IMG/VR virus record: IMGVR_UViG_3300020431_000370
Span: 1 to 28,794 of that record
DNA from: a virus
Taxonomy: Duplodnaviria > Caudoviricetes
Strand: one strand, 5' to 3'
DNA: 28,794 nt
The notes beneath the pieces are model-generated. The model did not search any database, was not told where the DNA came from, and saw only the letters and a program-made list of their open reading frames with translations. Shown in pieces: positions 16,960 through 24,795 of the stretch (position 1 is the first letter of the stretch; every line of letters begins with the position of its first letter). The position numbers were made by a program, and so were the translations under genes.

Positions 16960-17207
16960 TAGCGTTCCTCGAAAGTTAATTTGCGAACTTTACGTTTGCG
17001 TCGTTCCTCCTGGTATTTTAGGTCAGAATTTGTTAGAAAACCCTGACTTTCAGCATAATTTTTACATTTAATAATAATTACGCAATTTAAATCTACCGCC
17101 GTGATGGTGTCATCTTTGATCATCATATTGTTTTCGCAACCACAGGCTTGTAGTTTCGATGATGAGATGATCTCTTTATTGCAACAGGTGCATTTTGTAT
17201 GTAACAT
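16959..17207 (-). CDS. hypothetical Cys-rich protein, 82 aa
   Basis: CTCC...CGC and a basic C-terminus; ATG 9 nt after tRNA-Val. Confidence 0.75.
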   Translation of the reverse strand: MLHTKCTCCNKEIISSSKLQACGCENNMMIKDDTITAVDLNCVIIIKCKNYAESQGFLTNSDLKYQEERRKRKVRKLTFEER

Positions 17208-17216
17208 TTGTTTCTA

Positions 17217-17288
17217 TGGGAGATACTGGGATCGAACCAGTGACAACCTCGGTGTAAACGAGACACTCTACCGCTGAGCTAATCTCCC
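17217..17288 (-). tRNA. tRNA-Val(TAC), CCA not encoded
   Basis: GGGAGAT/ATCTCCC acceptor stem, TCTCG-TTTACAC-CGAGG anticodon arm, ACTGG-TTCGATC-CCAGT T arm. Confidence 0.95.
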
Positions 17289-17938
17289 AATGAAACCCAC
17301 AGATCAGGATTAGAAACATCGGATTCTGAATCTGAATTAATATTAATGTGAGTTGTAATCATTATATCATAAGAAATAGAAAAACGGAAGTCTTTTCCAT
17401 AAAATTCTGTGACTTTATGACGTAATGAAGAAGGGAAAATCAAAAGTTGATTTTCGGTAGGCGTATACTTGACGTTGGTATTTGGTATGTGTACTGGTAA
17501 TACATTGAGTGGATGATCAGGCGAAGAAGTGAAGATAATGTCTCCACCGTTATCGGTCCCGCATCTAATATAAAAAACTGCACTAAGATGAGAGTTCATA
17601 TGGGCATGTGGAGCAACTCCACCACCTTCATCACATATAACAGGCCAAGATTTTTGAATGTAAAATTTATACTTGGATGTATTTACACCAATAGCTCTCA
17701 GATAATTATCAATATGCCCATACAAATGTTCATTTATCCACTCGAATTCTTCAAGTTCTGAGATTTGATGTTGACCTGTTACGTCTCCAGTGATATTTAA
17801 TGAGTTACCGATGAAGATTTTATCTCCATTCTCTTGAGTGTATTTATAGAAATACCTTTCAATTTTATTTTTCTGTTCCTTAGTTGGAACAATTTCACCA
17901 TTATATATTGGTGTAGCAAACCAAGCGTCAATATGCAT
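17279..17938 (-). CDS. putative 2OG-Fe(II) oxygenase, HxH type (TIGR02466-like)
   Basis: WFATPIY, KSW, PHAH..SHLSAVFY, LIFPSSLRHKV, RFSISY; stop codon lies inside tRNA-Val. Confidence 0.85.
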   Translation of the reverse strand: MHIDAWFATPIYNGEIVPTKEQKNKIERYFYKYTQENGDKIFIGNSLNITGDVTGQHQISELEEFEWINEHLYGHIDNYLRAIGVNTSKYKFYIQKSWPVICDEGGGVAPHAHMNSHLSAVFYIRCGTDNGGDIIFTSSPDHPLNVLPVHIPNTNVKYTPTENQLLIFPSSLRHKVTEFYGKDFRFSISYDIMITTHININSDSESDVSNPDLWVSLGD

Positions 17939-18245
17939 TAGAATCTGGAAGGTCTTGTGGATTTTCTAAATCCATTTCATAAATCAAAGGCATTGCAAGT
18001 TCTTCTGTGAGATATGAGGAGGATTTATACAGTTGTTCATCTGTAATTACTTTATTTTTATTTGCTTCCATAATTACTTCTGGATCTTCCCTGGCAACTG
18101 ATGGTATTTCATCAAATGTAAATGGAATATAATTCATAAAATACATTTTTACAATCATGGTATGATCTCCAGTTTCATACCAAACATATGATTGTTGAAC
18201 CCTTAGTTTATTCATATGTTTTTTGCACACATTGATATTTAACAT
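17928..18245 (-). CDS. hypothetical protein, about 105 aa
   Basis: Open frame between tRNA-Gly and the oxygenase; start may be at a later ATG. Confidence 0.75.
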   Translation of the reverse strand: MLNINVCKKHMNKLRVQQSYVWYETGDHTMIVKMYFMNYIPFTFDEIPSVAREDPEVIMEANKNKVITDEQLYKSSSYLTEELAMPLIYEMDLENPQDLPDSNAY

Positions 18246-18255
18246 GTACGGTTTA

Positions 18256-18327
18256 AGCGGGTGATCGGGATCGAACCGATGGCATCTAACTTGGAAAGAT
18301 AGCGTTCTACCGCTGAACTACACCCGC
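18256..18327 (-). tRNA. tRNA-Gly(TCC), CCA not encoded
   Basis: GCGGGTG/CACCCGC acceptor stem, U discriminator, loop TTTCCAA, ATCGG-TTCGATC-CCGAT T arm; one U-U mismatch in the anticodon stem. Confidence 0.92.
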
Positions 18328-18896
18328 ATTGGTCCCGTAAATGCAATGTTACCAGCAATCATAAATCTATTATCTACTGGACAGGGATCCACCTGATGAG
18401 ACATATGACCTGCAAATGCAACTAACCTACCCTCAGTGACCTGAATTTCATTGCCTTCTAATACTAGAGGGGAACTTCCTTCTGGGCAATTAATATAGTA
18501 TGCAAAAGACATCGCATAGGGGTAATGATTATGATAAGTTGCATAAGAGCCTTTATTATACCACATTCCCCAATAGTCTGCAACTTTAAAGTTTTTATAT
18601 TGAGAAGGGCTATCGTAATAAGCAGTACCAGTTCCTTGAGCAATAAGATCAGCACAGTATAAACTTTCTGAATCTATCCAATCAATTAAAATTGGTAATT
18701 CTTTACAGTCAACTGGAGTAGTTGTAGATGTAAATTCTGTTCTACGTGCTTGACCATTAACAGTAATTTCATGCGAATACTCTCTAATCCATTCCATAAG
18801 TCCTGGATTAATTTCTTCCCAATTTGGACACTCTAAAATTACAGGTTCATACAACCTATAATTTGAACTTGCGGTTGAATAGTTTCTATAATTCAT
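18318..18896 (-). CDS. putative 2OG-Fe(II) oxygenase, HxH type
   Basis: WGMWY, HNHYP..SFAYY, F.GHMSHQV, RFMIAGN; stop codon lies inside tRNA-Gly. Confidence 0.85.
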   Translation of the reverse strand: MNYRNYSTASSNYRLYEPVILECPNWEEINPGLMEWIREYSHEITVNGQARRTEFTSTTTPVDCKELPILIDWIDSESLYCADLIAQGTGTAYYDSPSQYKNFKVADYWGMWYNKGSYATYHNHYPYAMSFAYYINCPEGSSPLVLEGNEIQVTEGRLVAFAGHMSHQVDPCPVDNRFMIAGNIAFTGPMRV

Positions 18897-18897
18897 A

Positions 18898-18979
18898 TGT
18901 CGATGAAAGGACTTGAACCTTCAAGAGTTGCCTCACTAGAACCTAAACCTAGCGCGTATACCAATTCCGCCACATCGAC
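18898..18979 (-). tRNA. tRNA-Leu(TAG), CCA not encoded
   Basis: GTCGATG/CATCGAC acceptor stem, CTAGG-TTTAGGT-TCTAG anticodon arm, long variable arm GAG-GCAA-CTC, TTCAAGT T loop. Confidence 0.95.
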
Positions 18980-18982
18980 GAA

Positions 18983-19056
18983 CGACTCAGGTTGGACTCG
19001 AACCAACGACCGACTGCTTAGAAGGCAGTTGCTCTATCCAGCTGAGCTACTGAGTC
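18983..19056 (-). tRNA. tRNA-Arg(TCT), CCA not encoded
   Basis: GACTCAG/CTGAGTC acceptor stem, ACTGC-CTTCTAA-GCAGT anticodon arm, GTTGG-TTCGAGT-CCAAC T arm. Confidence 0.96.
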
Positions 19057-19060
19057 AAAA

Positions 19061-19123
19061 GGTAGTTCCTGTCGCCGCTAACCTTGAACTACCAAGGAGG
19101 TTACCGCAGTGGTACTAACCACT
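19061..19123 (-). ncRNA. structured leader RNA (hairpin plus H-type pseudoknot) ahead of the tRNAs
   Basis: AGTGGT/ACCACT hairpin; TAACCT/AGGTTA crossing GGTAGTTC/GAACTACC. Confidence 0.6.
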
Positions 19124-19128
19124 TCTAT

Positions 19129-19157
19129 AATATAACGGATAAACTGATTGGTGTCAA
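19129..19157 (-). promoter_or_regulatory. sigma70-type promoter of the tRNA transcript
   Basis: TTGACA-17 nt-TATATT. Confidence 0.8.
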
Positions 19158-19516
19158 CCTCTTATGCCAGACATCCAATCACCAAAACCTTTTTGGAAAG
19201 TTTCAGATCCCCCAGGAGAATCAATCTGAATGGTAAGTTTACCCCTGTGCGTAGAAAAGTTATACATCACTTCATGGATGTTGTCTGGCTCTTTATTTTC
19301 TTTTTTACGATTCGATTCTTCTCTTCTTGATGCTTCCTCAAGCATTTCTTCATGAGTCATTTGATTTTTACTTTTAACTGGAGAAGGACCAAACCAAGGA
19401 TCATCAGGTAGGATTATAGGTGCTGGAATTCCAGTGTATTTAAAACTAACATCAATGTTAGTTTTTCCATCAGACTTTACTTTACGATTTGATTTGCCTA
19501 ATAGTCTTTCAAACAT
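19154..19516 (-). CDS. hypothetical protein, 120 aa
   Basis: ATG start; GIPAP...DDPWFG...NIHEVMY; coding-strand continuity. Confidence 0.75.
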   Translation of the reverse strand: MFERLLGKSNRKVKSDGKTNIDVSFKYTGIPAPIILPDDPWFGPSPVKSKNQMTHEEMLEEASRREESNRKKENKEPDNIHEVMYNFSTHRGKLTIQIDSPGGSETFQKGFGDWMSGIRG

Positions 19517-19609
19517 GAGAATTCAGAATTCTAGAGTGCTGTAACAGTTTATAGTAGATATGGATTATTGATTTGGGGTTCTACGAGGATTCTTAGCACT
19601 CCGATCTAT

Positions 19610-20182
19610 TTATTCCAACTTCAACATCTTGGAGTACTTATATGCATAAACCTCTCGTTTGCCTTTGATTCCCCAACCCAACCAGTAGTAAGCAGGTTTC
19701 ATGTAATAAGATACTGTCTGTCCACTGCCTTCAAATTGTGGAAGGACCCTTTGAAAGATAGGTTCGTTAATCATGTAACGTATCTGACCATCCAATGAGG
19801 ACGGATTACAATCATACTTAGCACAGAAGTTTCCAAGACCCTTGTAACGACCGATAGAAGTCCATTGAATCAATCCATACCCACCAGACTTACATTCGGT
19901 GTAGGAGACGCGAGCACCACCCTCACAGATGTTAGAGATGAACTTACTCTCCTGCTTGATGTTACCCATGATCGTAGAAAGAGCATTGCGATCAGTGATC
20001 TTTGTTTTTTCTTGAATCAAGAGGAGAACATACTGTTCCTCTGGAGTACAGTCTTCACATTTCCACTGTAGTTCTTCAACTTCTTCATATTGAAGTTGAG
20101 GTGGTCTTACAGGAGATGCATCAATCTGAACTGGGGTAAGAACCGAGCACAGGAGAAGTGAGGCAATAGTAGAAATTTTCAT
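19610..20182 (-). CDS. phage tail-lysozyme-like peptidoglycan hydrolase with signal peptide
   Basis: IMGNIKQES (catalytic Glu), GYGLIQWT and Q..YM..E motifs of the Phage_lysozyme2 family. Confidence 0.8.
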   Translation of the reverse strand: MKISTIASLLLCSVLTPVQIDASPVRPPQLQYEEVEELQWKCEDCTPEEQYVLLLIQEKTKITDRNALSTIMGNIKQESKFISNICEGGARVSYTECKSGGYGLIQWTSIGRYKGLGNFCAKYDCNPSSLDGQIRYMINEPIFQRVLPQFEGSGQTVSYYMKPAYYWLGWGIKGKREVYAYKYSKMLKLE

Positions 20183-20186
20183 TTAA

Positions 20187-20330
20187 TTATGAAACGTTAG
20201 AAACATTAATGAATGTTTCTTTGTATTCTTCATAGAGTGAGATAGCATCCTCAAGACGCTCATCATCAACCAATTCATGTATACGATCCACGATATAATC
20301 GCGAACGGTCTCCTTAGATTGGTTTTCCAT
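20187..20330 (-). CDS. hypothetical protein, 47 aa
   Basis: MENQSKETVRDYIVDRIHELVDDERLEDAISLYEEY...; ATG at 20330 minimises the overlap. Confidence 0.65.
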   Translation of the reverse strand: MENQSKETVRDYIVDRIHELVDDERLEDAISLYEEYKETFINVSNVS

Positions 20331-20805
20331 CGAAGTAATCCTTCCTGAAATAACGACTGAGAACGTTCCTATTGTAATACGCAGGTTGTCCGTTGTCAAG
20401 CTGTTCAGTCAAGACGTTGTTCACAAAAAGTTGACGAGTCTCCTCGTAATTTACAAAGCCCTTTGTGGGGTGAACGGAAAGTATCTCTCTTCTGAAGGAA
20501 CTATTTCCAATTCTACGGCGTTCTTCAGCAAGTTCGTCAGAACTTCCGTAGTATCTTTTCCAGTCGCTCTCACTTTTAACTCTCCTAGATTTACCTCTAG
20601 GCTTTCTATGTTGCCAAAAATACTTTCTGCCGATGTACTGTCTTCCGTCTTCGAGATTTGAGATCCTGTATACAAAACCATAGTTGTCGCCAATGTCATC
20701 AGACTCAAAGCACTTACCATCGTACATCCAAGGGTTAGGATAGGAGCATGTGCTAGGAGAAGTTTCCCCTTCTCCCTCAGTCTTTCTCTCAGGTTTGCCA
20801 TTCAA
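20314..20805 (-). CDS. GIY-YIG nuclease-family protein
   Basis: GFVY...QYIGRK, YYGSS, F.REIL, YEE, YYN; start codon uncertain (TTG). Confidence 0.8.
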   Translation of the reverse strand: MNGKPERKTEGEGETSPSTCSYPNPWMYDGKCFESDDIGDNYGFVYRISNLEDGRQYIGRKYFWQHRKPRGKSRRVKSESDWKRYYGSSDELAEERRRIGNSSFRREILSVHPTKGFVNYEETRQLFVNNVLTEQLDNGQPAYYNRNVLSRYFRKDYFDGKPI

Positions 20806-20861
20806 ATTAATTAATAAAAACTCTAAGCTATATAGTCTCTCTTTTGAACCTTGGCAGAGTT

Positions 20862-20890
20862 AGTTTACTAACAATTCAATACCTTGTCAA
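20862..20890 (-). promoter_or_regulatory. sigma70-type promoter
   Basis: TTGACA-17 nt-TAAACT. Confidence 0.7.
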
Positions 20891-21474
20891 TCTTTATTTG
20901 ATACCCACTTTTTCTTTTCTTTATCCCACTTTTTAACTTCACCAGGGCGCAGTCTTTCTTTCGCATCTTTTGATTGGGAAACGAACTCTTTCCAGTTCTT
21001 CCCATGTTTCATACGCATCGTCTGAGAATAATTTACTTTCTCATTATCTTTAATGCTTTTCATAGCCTTCGGATCAGAAAGAATACTACTTCTGAGTCCC
21101 TCATCAACTTTTTTTCTTTCAGGCAAACCTTTATGTTTAGTAGATGCAAAGTCTTTTACATCTTTCTTTTTCATTGATGCAGCGGCTTTACCTACATCTC
21201 CTCCGATGTTTGATTCTCCTTTTTGGACTGCGCGAACCATTCCAAAGAACTTTTGTTGAGCCTTAGAGACTGATTCTTCGGATACGCTTCCACCATCAGA
21301 ACCCCCATTAGGTTCCCCATTCCCAGTTCCATTGCCATTCTTGTTATTTCCATTCTTTTCTTCTTCGTCTTTCTCAATTACTCCACCACGTCCCACATGC
21401 CACCCTAGTGGAATCTTTTTACACTTGTTATCAGTGTAACACCAGTAGTATCCAGATTTACATTTAGCCATCAA
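20887..21474 (-). CDS. Lys-rich modular hypothetical protein (possible internal head protein)
   Basis: CKSGYYWCYTDNKCKKIP, G/N linker, SKAQQKFFGMV...DFASTKHKGLP module. Confidence 0.8.
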   Translation of the reverse strand: MMAKCKSGYYWCYTDNKCKKIPLGWHVGRGGVIEKDEEEKNGNNKNGNGTGNGEPNGGSDGGSVSEESVSKAQQKFFGMVRAVQKGESNIGGDVGKAAASMKKKDVKDFASTKHKGLPERKKVDEGLRSSILSDPKAMKSIKDNEKVNYSQTMRMKHGKNWKEFVSQSKDAKERLRPGEVKKWDKEKKKWVSNKD

Positions 21475-22169
21475 TCAAACCTTGAAGAATAAATGCCTTT
21501 GTTCTTTTCTTTTTCTTTCTTAGTGTAACCTTTGGCAACAATACGAGAGGTATCTTTATTTACGCGACGGTTCTGTGTTTGGAGATCAGTTTCCTTTTCA
21601 CCCTTAGTTTTTTTCTCTTGACGAGAACTAGGGAAATTTTTGGCGTGTGCTTTACCTTCTACTGATTTTTTAATATCAAGTTTTCTTCCAGTCTTCTTCT
21701 CATGCGTGTCAAGAACGCTCTGGCGTTTCTTCACTGCTTCCAAAGATTCTTTTGCTTTATCTTCGGTCTTTTCTTTACCTTCCTTACGTGGACCACGACG
21801 AGCTTCTTCAAGTCTCTGACGTACATCCTCTCTCATCCAGCGAGGAACGGTATCGTCCTTGACTTTCTTCATATCATTTACAGCTTTTTCATTATTCTTT
21901 CTTCTTTTTTTCATATCTGTCTCTAGATATGAGTCACCCTTTTTCTTTTTATCTTCTAGGATTGATTGTGTAATAGTTTCTGCGGAGTTCCAAAGATTAT
22001 TTTCCTTAATATAAGTATCAATAATCTCTTCAGTGCTCCATTTGGTTACATCATATCCTTCCTCTTGCAAATTTTTAATCCAAGAAGTATAATTATCCAA
22101 GTGATACTCACACAATTCGGATTTAAACTGCTCGTATGCTTCTCTATGTTTGCTGACTTTATTTGTCAT
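21471..22169 (-). CDS. Lys/Glu-rich hypothetical protein (possible internal head protein)
   Basis: 232 aa; acidic N-terminal part and highly basic C-terminal part; follows a late-type promoter. Confidence 0.8.
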   Translation of the reverse strand: MTNKVSKHREAYEQFKSELCEYHLDNYTSWIKNLQEEGYDVTKWSTEEIIDTYIKENNLWNSAETITQSILEDKKKKGDSYLETDMKKRRKNNEKAVNDMKKVKDDTVPRWMREDVRQRLEEARRGPRKEGKEKTEDKAKESLEAVKKRQSVLDTHEKKTGRKLDIKKSVEGKAHAKNFPSSRQEKKTKGEKETDLQTQNRRVNKDTSRIVAKGYTKKEKEKNKGIYSSRFD

Positions 22170-22202
22170 GGTATAAAAAAGGAAAACATGGTCGTATACT
22201 CA

Positions 22203-22223
22203 TATTTATTAGAACAATAAATA
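22203..22223. promoter_or_regulatory. back-to-back divergent late-type promoters
   Basis: AATAAATA on minus (22203-22210) and on plus (22216-22223), at the strand switch. Confidence 0.65.
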
Positions 22224-22252
22224 GAAGAAATAGACCTTATCATAAGAAATAA

Positions 22253-24778
22253 ATGGCTAGACAGGGAATATTCACTGGATTTACGCCGAATGATGGTCTG
22301 GGAGATTCCCTCGCATCTGGTGCAGTAAAAGTAAATGCCAATTTTCAGGACATTTATGACACCTTTGGAGATGGAACAGAGTTATCTGCCAACGCAGGTT
22401 CAGCAGGAACTTGGACCAAGGCAAGTACATATGGTATTAGTACCAGTAAGTATGTTGGTATTGGCACGACTCTCCCAACTAGTCAACTACATGTAGAAGG
22501 TAATGCGTTACTTTCGGGTATTACGACAGGAACATTCATTGGTGATGGATCTGGACTGACTGGTGTTACTGCTATTGGACAAGGCATTGTCATCAAAAAC
22601 AGTGGATCTGTTCTTGGTGTAGCACAAACCGTAAATTTCAATGACCGACTTAATGTAAGTAGTGTCTTTGGTGGTAACGTAACCATAGACGCAGTAGATT
22701 ATGTATCCTATGCAACTGTATCTGGCATTGCATCATATACTCCTGTTGCAGGATTTGCATCTCTAACAAATTACTCTCCGTTATCAGGAATCTCTTCGTA
22801 TACACCCGTCGCTGGTGTAGCAACCTTTGCAACTACTGCAGGAATCGTTACATATTCTTCTGCGGCAGGTGTTGCAACCAATGCAGGTATTGCTGAGTAT
22901 GCAAAGGTCGCTGGTATCTCTTCATATACACCCGTTGCAGGTCTATCTACCATTGCGGGGTATGCACAGACTGCAGGTATCGCAACAGTCGCTCAGAACC
23001 TCACTGGAACCCCCTCTATCCTGATTGATAACATCAACTCAGGTGCAGGTATTGTAACCTTCCCAGGTCAAGGCAGTAAGATGCGCTTTGACTTTGACTC
23101 TACCACTGACATGCCTAATGCAGTGTCTTGGAGAGGAATGTTTGCCTATGCGAACAACGCAAAGCAAGCATACGTTTCTTATGGTACTACTAACGGTGGA
23201 TATAATGGTTGGAGAAGACTTCTTGTAGAAGATATCCATGGCAACTATGAGACCACTGGTATCCTAACAGCTTCTACATTCTCTGGAGATGCTTCTGGGT
23301 TATACAATGTCCCAGCTTCCAGTTCTATTTGGAAATCTGGTCCTACTGGCATCACTACAAGTAGCAACGTTGGTATTGGAACCACCAATGCAGAGGAAGC
23401 TCTTTCCGTTCTAGGTAACTTCCGACTAAAAGGAAGAATCGTAGGTACTGCAACAACTAACATCCTACCATTCCTCTTTGCAGAGTATAGAACTTTACCT
23501 AGTCCATCTGAGTACCATGGTGCATTTGTTCATACCCATGATACTGGAAAGGCATATTATGCTCATGCGGGAGGATGGACTGAACTTCTTAATAGAAACA
23601 TAGATGGAACCATCGGCGTTGGGACAGATCATTTCACCGCTGGTATTATCACTGCAAATACATTCTATGGTGATGGATCCAACCTAACAGGCGTTACAGC
23701 AGAAGGATCTGGTGTCTCAATCCAAGAAGAAGGAAGCACTGTTGGAACTGCTGCAACCATTAACTTTGTTGGTGCTGGTGTTACCGCAACCTATTCAAAT
23801 GGAGTTGCTACTATTGAAATTACCGACGTAGTTGGTAGTGGAGGAACTGGTGGAGCAACCAGCCTAAATGATTTAACTGACGTTGTATCCTCTGGAGCAC
23901 AGATCAATGACATCCTCAGGTACAATGGATCTATATGGTCATCTGGTACTGGAATTGGCACAGTAAATGGGGATGACTTTAGACTTGGATTTGGAGATTC
24001 AAACGATCTTCAAATTTGGCATAGTGGAACCCAAAGTTATATTAATGAAAGTGGAACTGGGTCTTTATTCATTGACTCCAGTGCATTGTACTTGCAGAAT
24101 AGTGGATCAACAAAACTACAAGTAACTGGTTCTGGTATCAACGTAACTGGAGTTGTGACCGCTTCATCATTTGTAGGTGATGGGTCTGGTTTAACTAACC
24201 TTCCAGGAGGAGGTAGTTATGGTAACTCTGATGTTGATACACACCTCAATGTTAGTGGTGCTTCTTCAGGTGAAATTCTCAGTTGGAATGGTTCTGATTA
24301 TGCTTGGGTAGCAGATCAGACTGGTGGAGGCGGAGGAGGTACTGGGTACTTTGAAAAGACTGATGCTGGAATTAATACTAATACCAGTATTGGCATTGGA
24401 ACAACCAATCCCATAGGTAACCAATCACTTCAAATAAGAAACACCGTATTTGAAAGTCATGGTGTTGCATCATCTTCTTTCACTGCATCTGCTGGAACAC
24501 CTCAAGAAATTGATGTGTATACTGAAGACTTCGTAACCGCAGAATATACAATATCCATTATCAATGGAAATAATTACCAGGCACAAAAAGCATTAGTGAT
24601 GCATACTGGTGCGGGCACAACCGCATACGTATCGCAGTATGGTCAAATGTATGAACCGAATAAAATTGCCGATGTATCGGTAACACTATCTGCTGGTCAA
24701 GTTCAAGTAAGATTAGTTCCAGTCACTGGAATATCTGGGCTAACCACTTATAGATTCACAACACAAAGAATGCTTTGA
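22253..24778 (+). CDS. virion structural/tail-fibre-like protein with T4 gp9/gp10-type N-terminus
   Basis: Q.I..G..PNDG.GD.L..G..K.N.NF head motif; VGIGTT, F.GDGS.LT and L.DL.DV repeats; Gly/Thr/Ser-rich. Confidence 0.88.
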   Translation: MARQGIFTGFTPNDGLGDSLASGAVKVNANFQDIYDTFGDGTELSANAGSAGTWTKASTYGISTSKYVGIGTTLPTSQLHVEGNALLSGITTGTFIGDGSGLTGVTAIGQGIVIKNSGSVLGVAQTVNFNDRLNVSSVFGGNVTIDAVDYVSYATVSGIASYTPVAGFASLTNYSPLSGISSYTPVAGVATFATTAGIVTYSSAAGVATNAGIAEYAKVAGISSYTPVAGLSTIAGYAQTAGIATVAQNLTGTPSILIDNINSGAGIVTFPGQGSKMRFDFDSTTDMPNAVSWRGMFAYANNAKQAYVSYGTTNGGYNGWRRLLVEDIHGNYETTGILTASTFSGDASGLYNVPASSSIWKSGPTGITTSSNVGIGTTNAEEALSVLGNFRLKGRIVGTATTNILPFLFAEYRTLPSPSEYHGAFVHTHDTGKAYYAHAGGWTELLNRNIDGTIGVGTDHFTAGIITANTFYGDGSNLTGVTAEGSGVSIQEEGSTVGTAATINFVGAGVTATYSNGVATIEITDVVGSGGTGGATSLNDLTDVVSSGAQINDILRYNGSIWSSGTGIGTVNGDDFRLGFGDSNDLQIWHSGTQSYINESGTGSLFIDSSALYLQNSGSTKLQVTGSGINVTGVVTASSFVGDGSGLTNLPGGGSYGNSDVDTHLNVSGASSGEILSWNGSDYAWVADQTGGGGGGTGYFEKTDAGINTNTSIGIGTTNPIGNQSLQIRNTVFESHGVASSSFTASAGTPQEIDVYTEDFVTAEYTISIINGNNYQAQKALVMHTGAGTTAYVSQYGQMYEPNKIADVSVTLSAGQVQVRLVPVTGISGLTTYRFTTQRML
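22700..23000 (+). repeat. degenerate coding tandem repeats (GI.SYTPVA)
   Basis: SGIASYTPVAG, SGISSYTPVAG, AGISSYTPVAG, and related AGIxxY units. Confidence 0.7.
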
Positions 24779-24795
24779 TTCGGGAGGTATAAGAA

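Noticed and set aside
18256-18327. tRNA-Gly as a pseudogene
   Set aside because: Only one anticodon-stem mismatch; acceptor, D and T arms and the U discriminator are intact.
18897-19118. 73-aa plus-strand ORF
   Set aside because: Antisense translation of the tRNA-Leu and tRNA-Arg genes.
20451-20801. 116-aa same-strand overlapping ORF
   Set aside because: Nested in the GIY-YIG gene in another frame; no supporting features.
20314-20805. GIY-YIG gene as a mobile homing endonuclease or intron
   Set aside because: Single catalytic domain without DNA-binding repeats; no interrupted gene or intron core nearby.
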